From: an uncultured Clostridia bacterium | Lineage (GTDB): Bacteria; Bacillota; Clostridia; Christensenellales; UBA1242 | DNA: 64,000 bases | Assembly (NCBI GenBank): GCA_937874195.1 | Contig: CALNBM010000015.1 | Location: 1,275 to 65,274 of the forward strand | Direction of reading: 5' to 3' | In this document: positions 60,201 through 64,000 of the stretch, piece by piece | How positions within the stretch are numbered: position 1 is the first letter of the stretch | How the letters are laid out: every line of letters begins with the position of its first letter | Notes under the pieces: model-generated | What the model was told of the DNA's origin: nothing | The model's input: the letters and a program-made list of their open reading frames with translations, nothing else | The model's database searches: none | Program-made: the position numbers and the translations under genes

Positions 60201-63200
60201 AAACCAAACTGCTTACAAATTTTATGTTTATATTGTTGACAGAAACGGTATTATAAATTTAACAAGTTTATATGGCGATGCTCTTGATTTAGAAAACCTT
60301 AATATGTTGCTGGGCGCTGGTATTAATGAAGAAAGTTATGGCACTACTATTTCAGAACAAATGATTTTCAATAGAGCAATATCTAACCTTGCCAATACTA
60401 ATGCTAGTTACAGTAGTATGACCGTAAACAACCTACTGCTAACAAATAAAATGATTGTTCAACTTAATTTATCTATGGATAAATATAATCAACCGAAATT
60501 TTATCGTAATTTCCTAGATAATAATGAAGACATATTTACTTTTCAAAATATAAATACACTTATGCAAGCATTACCACCAGAATTATATTCTACTAGTCCA
60601 GACCCAAGCCAAACGCAAAAAGATGCAGTAACTTACTTTTACAAAATGTTACAAAATTTTATGTTTGGGATAAGTAATGATGTATCTAACCAAGAAGGCT
60701 TTAATGCAAGCAAGTATTATAATCAGCAATTTTTAATAAGACTAGAATTGAAATTTGGCAACTCCTATACCATTATTGGAAACAAAGAAGGTTCTCATAA
60801 TATTATTAATCCAAATAAAGATAACAGTAGTCAATTCCTATTACACTCTTTAAATTCTCGCCCACAAAAGACTTCCGCCACCCATCGGGAACAGTTAAAT
60901 GATGGAATATTATTAAATATCAACAACAAAAATTATGATAATTATTGCTACGGCGTAAATATAACAGATAGTTCAGGCATAACAGAAGGCTCAAATAAAT
61001 CGCTTTGGAATAAGTTTGCAAATTCAATACAATTTAATTTTGGAATTAATGCGAACTTTCCATCGGGCTCCTTCTTTGGAAAATATAAATCTTCTTCTTA
61101 TGCTTCCGATAGTGCTAATTCTTTCGAGGAATATGCTAACATATTATTTGATTTAGATATTACTCCGGATAAACTAGAAAACACACTGGAAGATCTCAAC
61201 ACTGGCAGTATTGGTTCATTTGTTGAATTGTATGACACCAACAACGACTCATTAATTTTTGTGTTTGATAAAACAACCAATCAATATTTTGCAGAGATTA
61301 ATCCATATAACATCTCTATCACTCGCACTCTGCCTAATGGTACAATTTCTAATATTTTTAATTTAACACAAAACACTAATGGTAGTTTATCATTTAATAC
61401 TGCAAACTCCCCTAATTCTAGTTCGAGAATGGCAAATGCGTTTATTAATAATTCTTCAGCAGTTGATAACGATCCTCTTGCAACCAGTTGGGCGGTGGTT
61501 ATATTTGATGCAAAAAGTCAATTATATGAGAGTATGAGACTAAGTCAACATGATTTAAACGCCTCGTACACAGTTAGTATAAACTTTAAAGGCTTACCAA
61601 CAGATTATATTGATATTGAATCAAAACAATATTACACTGCAAAATATTCCATTACTATTGATAGAGTTAAACCACTTTACAATTTGATTCAATTAATGGA
61701 ACAAGATAAATATATAGTAAAACAGTCTTACAATTATCCTGCAGGTCATCTAAATATAAAAGACTACTACAATGAAGTGTTAGCAAACAATCCTAGTGAA
61801 CTATATATTCAAAATGAACTTAAAAATATTTATAATTATTATGCGAATTTTTATTTGATTACTGATGAAGCAGGCAACCCGGTTAAATTTGATAACAAAA
61901 CAAATGCTTCTTTAATTCATAATTATTTCTTTGCTGTTGATGAAAACTTTACTTTTAGAAAACTTCAACCAAATAATAACACATCTAGGTCTAACTTCGA
62001 CACTTTTGATAGAATCTATTTCCGCAAGATTGACATTGATGAAATTTCAAATTACAAGTTTTCCTTAACACGAGATGATTATGACTTTGCCACGGAAGGT
62101 CATCCTTTGTTTAATGCTGAAAGTGTACAACAAATCACTTCAAACATTCGTGAGGGTTCATATTATTATTTTGACTTTATAAAACCTAATAATCCTTTCT
62201 TCACACCTAATGATTTATCTCTAACGCCGGGTGGTTACTATGAAATAATTGAAAGAGATGAAGCCGGAAACTTTAGAGTATATGCAATTTATTATGCAGA
62301 AGAAACGCCTTATAATTATTCGTATTCCAGAGCAATAGGCTCAACTTCTAATCAATCAACTTCTGGACAATTATCTTCAATAAAACCCACAGTAGACATT
62401 TATGGAAACAACTTACTTTTAACTTGCAATGCATTAACAACAAAAGACTTATTTTTAAGTGCTAATATAGAATATTCTTATAATATTAACTCTACTAATG
62501 TTAAGTCTGGTACTCCAATTAGAATTGTGCTGGACCCTATCAGCAAAAAGTTAAATATAAATTTAAACGGCAATGCAGTTCAATTATCCACACTAAATAT
62601 TGATTTATCCGAACATACTCTTGCACAGTACACACAAGTCTTCTTAGATGCAATAAAGTCAGTTTACACAGCAATAACAACAAATAATGAAAATATAAAC
62701 GATTTTGTTATATCTATAACCTTCTTTAATAGAACAGGCGGAAACTATAAAATTAATTATTATGTGCCGGGACAAGAAGTTAAGTATATAAGAACCGGAA
62801 ACGAAATATCCATTCCTGCGGATAGTGAGTATATTGCAACAAGAATCATGCGATTTGAAGTTTATCAATACAGACTTGGCGCATGGCAAACAGAAACGCT
62901 AGACTTTAATAGAAAAGCTATTGTGAACGGCAACGGTACTTATTCACTTGGCGGAAGCAAATATGTTTTTAGAAACGGTACTTTTAGATTTGTGTTAACT
63001 GACAATTTCGGCAGAACATCCACTTACTATGAATCCTTTGACACTGCTGGAACTATCAGTCAACGACTTGATTATAGTGGAGATACTAAACAACTAAACA
63101 ACATAACTTATACCGGAAAACCTGTTGTGATGGTATATAACCCGGCACGATACACCGCTGTTGTATATTCAAAGATTGAAAACCAAGATTGGGTACTTTT

Positions 63201-64000
63201 AACAGACATAACTAGCGAATATAAAGGTATGATAGACGGAAAAACTATTTTCACTATCAATAGCAGAGATACAATAGAAAATGGGTCAACCACTTCAAGA
63301 CTAACACTTACTGTGGAGCATGGCTATCATGTGGAATTTAGAATACTCATATTAAATATTGAAGATTTATCCAAAGACTATACAGAAGAATATTTCAATG
63401 AGTTTAAAGATTTAATTGAGCATTACGAATATAAATTTGTTATCTATACTAAATTGCCGACCGTGCAACTTAGAAACTTAAACGGTGTACTTATCTCTCA
63501 TAATAATGGACAATCGTATATTGAAGATATAATCGTGATTTGGAACGAAAAATACACCGATGGGAAAACTTTTGATTTCAATGCAAAAATCGAACTAAAA
63601 CATATACAAGATGGGAAAGTTCACACTCAAACCATTCCAAATAACTATCAAATTTCTCCTGGCGGAAACTATATTTTAACTATAACTAATGATTTAGGCT
63701 ACACCTTTGGTAGTATTAACTTTTCAAAAGTGGAAGCCGACACTGCATTTTTATATAAAATTTTCTCAAGACAGATTATAAATGGACAGCAATTAGAACT
63801 TATGGAAAGTAAATATTCTTATATGAGTAGTCAATTAGATGGAGTGCAACCGGGTAAAGTTATTTATAATTATTATGCTTTATCTAATTTTAATAATTAT
63901 ATTTATTCAACTAATTCACCTAACACCACCAAAGACCATATCTTTATAATTCCTAACACAAATCATTCTATATCCGCCGCTCTTATTAAACTCCCAAACG
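54289..64000 (+). CDS. giant N-terminally anchored/secreted surface protein, first 3,237 codons (no stop before window end)
   Basis: ATG at 54289 lies 9 nt after GGGAGA. This + frame was read through to 63999 with no stop, and the phase was re-checked at 57001, 60001, 63001 and 63991. N-terminus is MQLKYKIKHISRAVAFVLIAVLFTFGIGNLSKQQEVYA. The body is Asn/Tyr/Thr/Ser/Ile-rich with recurring G.Y.h.h ... D..GN ... hD...P modules. It is absent from the track because it is not closed by a stop. Confidence 0.8.
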   Translation, partial: MQLKYKIKHISRAVAFVLIAVLFTFGIGNLSKQQEVYALVDGIDFVIAKTSLRQANARLNEEGGYLYAYESSYNQTWQENALGEYVYNAENDTYYFIKDFSLCDGMGNLGGKTHIKVVISAETTYIIPLANNRYTKAYNHGYNYTLFPDYVKNNTDGNYILYNNQYYKLVFYSDINIFQDDKITPANTWDEARYLVLNENNDIVITGSTDRYSFENGKFVINNTAGRYIYHDASNSGVGEFYEIILKSHVNVLDEFNEPAQGLGRIDCWNNANFVSHPEGDILVEKNQSSPLHTMRYSAKPSEEFVVDGNGKYINQSGTYFEIIEGTNGNCFKYLGGNFSPVSEYLNSTHIRVNFNGNLKYLEVYPSTQTRYKKVYNTYFYDIFKAQSTTDGIPTAMTAFRFNDSSYRIKSADSKSVYIPTYFTANELDKLYYKTKEKTNLEINGEYYKPVFDEVIVNTADRSKSIPTTPFITLNNYKAKTNLENNLSVTENVENLYLSFGDIYLPNRNEFNKYITNLTVSATLTNKYTNSTTGLPIVLNPVVRQQSILLPDNEIRNEFWYQYLDVTNLEYYITGDTGGKTAPVINPEGLYTFTFNGFYRLGSIYQSFMYTYSFYLSNTEQAVEYPLFNENVLESVQQERLTNLQYPTFYYNFQTLEPPIYTFDASKYNTSITKTINQTTNTITTQFKTIRRNYQAVIPVPNLIANEIGIITYSLNNTPYERVKISAEAREYDISNPLDKTSILDFAGVQKSGLEDLIFVDGDNVKMFVYTYIYRKANISSTNYLANDYGEFYQKLTTVVFINQDDLTSTTTIINYKSNDVNSTQDFSFFSANDIIEKERIIESITLTESTENNIKTITTNSTYEYYLGLEKNNPFDGQPNTAYNSKEENVFNFKTTRVNGIDLVVDSKIISSTNTLSNQVNFKDYRSVENNYFDQNGKSQFYFNADIILEDLGVYNIINKYNLSTSFKNATSDNDFSGIQDYAINTYAYVYNLRKDFKKEGIEETYPYQKNGYTLHVFGVKSYFKKNGKTEFKNASENIYSNVTHEVMKSNPSFNENSVGITLENVSGRNYPISNIPVTNMPPVSFDYLCSYAFQPDKVLPESKIYQYNFVYDNLGNPYIVGAPKTSHFIKDDFLSSNGYYEIILKYKYTAYNQVNEEKYFYQVFAFIIDNSSPSVKFEKLVTMQDENNNDYNIWSTLNKAGFTNSDVRITWNKTTYFQYDVQPNIQKSNFSGIVVGVHGSSVYNGAAAPSNSFNTHDISYNYNDETKYILASSGAKITYKKFVNSHVYEVPELTLKVYENESKGNIINSISNLYPSSFRNSNLVNEIEDYITTGYYLEYSVDKYIMQMIIPKTNVDGPVDYWGSGNYSIRLNYGSDGKSYLTQGFSIDALDINGIKIAPVDINAITKVLSAKSFVQERLIAEPFTFMYNRKGSGAGITTTYTAIPFSSISNIDLINLNNNLTGVLASHFVNGTSPSVQISNSYPYDYSFYNAGDTVYLSNIFTPSTSMLYIFNLKDSAGNTAEFYVFYDKSNPNFFVDLENENNYLQNYNVITGLATVSWGNYKAIEVVGEIDNEFVFGDKIDHNSSKLSNLLKNMYLQPANYSNSIIVPVWELTSGQLIQAEVRTENIGGYNKGSLIYYTDGVNAYIDEGFTKQINKQGGNLVIKYYVLMPIDNVNFEYYNTNGSNNDMKSFNYSRTTSSPISKNSTVLAPTIATLAINAGVSESEIRNDTSHLYGFYGENKYIYTITDIMGNESGNTLWMNLDLSLAFAYGNFINTNNTLSRTMAIPNLEQLTPFNSYSTSQLYFSYLQEPFSPQTKVDYKFYNFDFEFFSDYIVSNLAYNDSIFTLTFVKKDDASKTKIITINRKSLGNINDDGDDVLESLPMFPFSLIPSAETASWKGIEKNNYLNTSDPYRVYSTIINPTFEQNESGTETYVKSAPGLYVFRRTYTDYINSTNGRVLSSISDLENQTAYKFYVYIVDRNGIINLTSLYGDALDLENLNMLLGAGINEESYGTTISEQMIFNRAISNLANTNASYSSMTVNNLLLTNKMIVQLNLSMDKYNQPKFYRNFLDNNEDIFTFQNINTLMQALPPELYSTSPDPSQTQKDAVTYFYKMLQNFMFGISNDVSNQEGFNASKYYNQQFLIRLELKFGNSYTIIGNKEGSHNIINPNKDNSSQFLLHSLNSRPQKTSATHREQLNDGILLNINNKNYDNYCYGVNITDSSGITEGSNKSLWNKFANSIQFNFGINANFPSGSFFGKYKSSSYASDSANSFEEYANILFDLDITPDKLENTLEDLNTGSIGSFVELYDTNNDSLIFVFDKTTNQYFAEINPYNISITRTLPNGTISNIFNLTQNTNGSLSFNTANSPNSSSRMANAFINNSSAVDNDPLATSWAVVIFDAKSQLYESMRLSQHDLNASYTVSINFKGLPTDYIDIESKQYYTAKYSITIDRVKPLYNLIQLMEQDKYIVKQSYNYPAGHLNIKDYYNEVLANNPSELYIQNELKNIYNYYANFYLITDEAGNPVKFDNKTNASLIHNYFFAVDENFTFRKLQPNNNTSRSNFDTFDRIYFRKIDIDEISNYKFSLTRDDYDFATEGHPLFNAESVQQITSNIREGSYYYFDFIKPNNPFFTPNDLSLTPGGYYEIIERDEAGNFRVYAIYYAEETPYNYSYSRAIGSTSNQSTSGQLSSIKPTVDIYGNNLLLTCNALTTKDLFLSANIEYSYNINSTNVKSGTPIRIVLDPISKKLNINLNGNAVQLSTLNIDLSEHTLAQYTQVFLDAIKSVYTAITTNNENINDFVISITFFNRTGGNYKINYYVPGQEVKYIRTGNEISIPADSEYIATRIMRFEVYQYRLGAWQTETLDFNRKAIVNGNGTYSLGGSKYVFRNGTFRFVLTDNFGRTSTYYESFDTAGTISQRLDYSGDTKQLNNITYTGKPVVMVYNPARYTAVVYSKIENQDWVLLTDITSEYKGMIDGKTIFTINSRDTIENGSTTSRLTLTVEHGYHVEFRILILNIEDLSKDYTEEYFNEFKDLIEHYEYKFVIYTKLPTVQLRNLNGVLISHNNGQSYIEDIIVIWNEKYTDGKTFDFNAKIELKHIQDGKVHTQTIPNNYQISPGGNYILTITNDLGYTFGSINFSKVEADTAFLYKIFSRQIINGQQLELMESKYSYMSSQLDGVQPGKVIYNYYALSNFNNYIYSTNSPNTTKDHIFIIPNTNHSISAALIKLPN

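Noticed and set aside
54207-63293. The lack of track ORFs over 9 kb suggested non-coding DNA, a field of pseudogenes, or an alternative genetic code.
   Set aside because: One + frame (phase of 54289) translates continuously into plausible protein with no stop, so no recoding is needed. The short listed ORFs (54207..54410, 57860..58126 and the reverse-strand ones) are out-of-frame or antisense shadows of that frame.

Overview
This is an AT-rich, low-GC Bacillota-type chromosome segment, annotated by eye from the sequence and the ORF track. No searches were run.

The left ~48 kb is mostly housekeeping. It carries the yabP-yabQ-divIC sporulation/division trio, a stand-alone initiator tRNA-Met, pepF, tmk, dtd, tdk, tRNA-Ser(GCU) and prfB. 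It also holds a MacB/FtsX-type ABC transporter next to an M23 peptidase, trxA, ttcA, cls, T-box-controlled pheST, addBA and rplI. Mixed in are lineage-specific hypothetical genes, an MmeI-like fused nuclease/N6-adenine methyltransferase, two tandem intergenic duplications, a small dispersed repeat family and unusually long non-coding spacers.

The right ~16 kb is different. It encodes a VirD4/TraG-family coupling ATPase and a 946-aa VirB6/ConG-like polytopic membrane protein with a coiled-coil tail. Divergent from these is a giant ORF starting at 54289 that is still open at base 64000 (more than 3,237 codons). That ORF is missing from the supplied track, apparently because the track only lists ORFs closed by a stop, so the last 9.7 kb looks falsely ORF-free.

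Two other real-looking genes are also absent from the track. One is a 59-aa ferredoxin:thioredoxin-reductase-like Cys-motif protein next to trxA. The other is a 5' gene fragment at the left edge.

Stop codon usage (TAA, TAG and a few TGA) and the presence of RF2 fit the standard bacterial code. The RF2 itself carries unusual residues in its codon-reading motifs.
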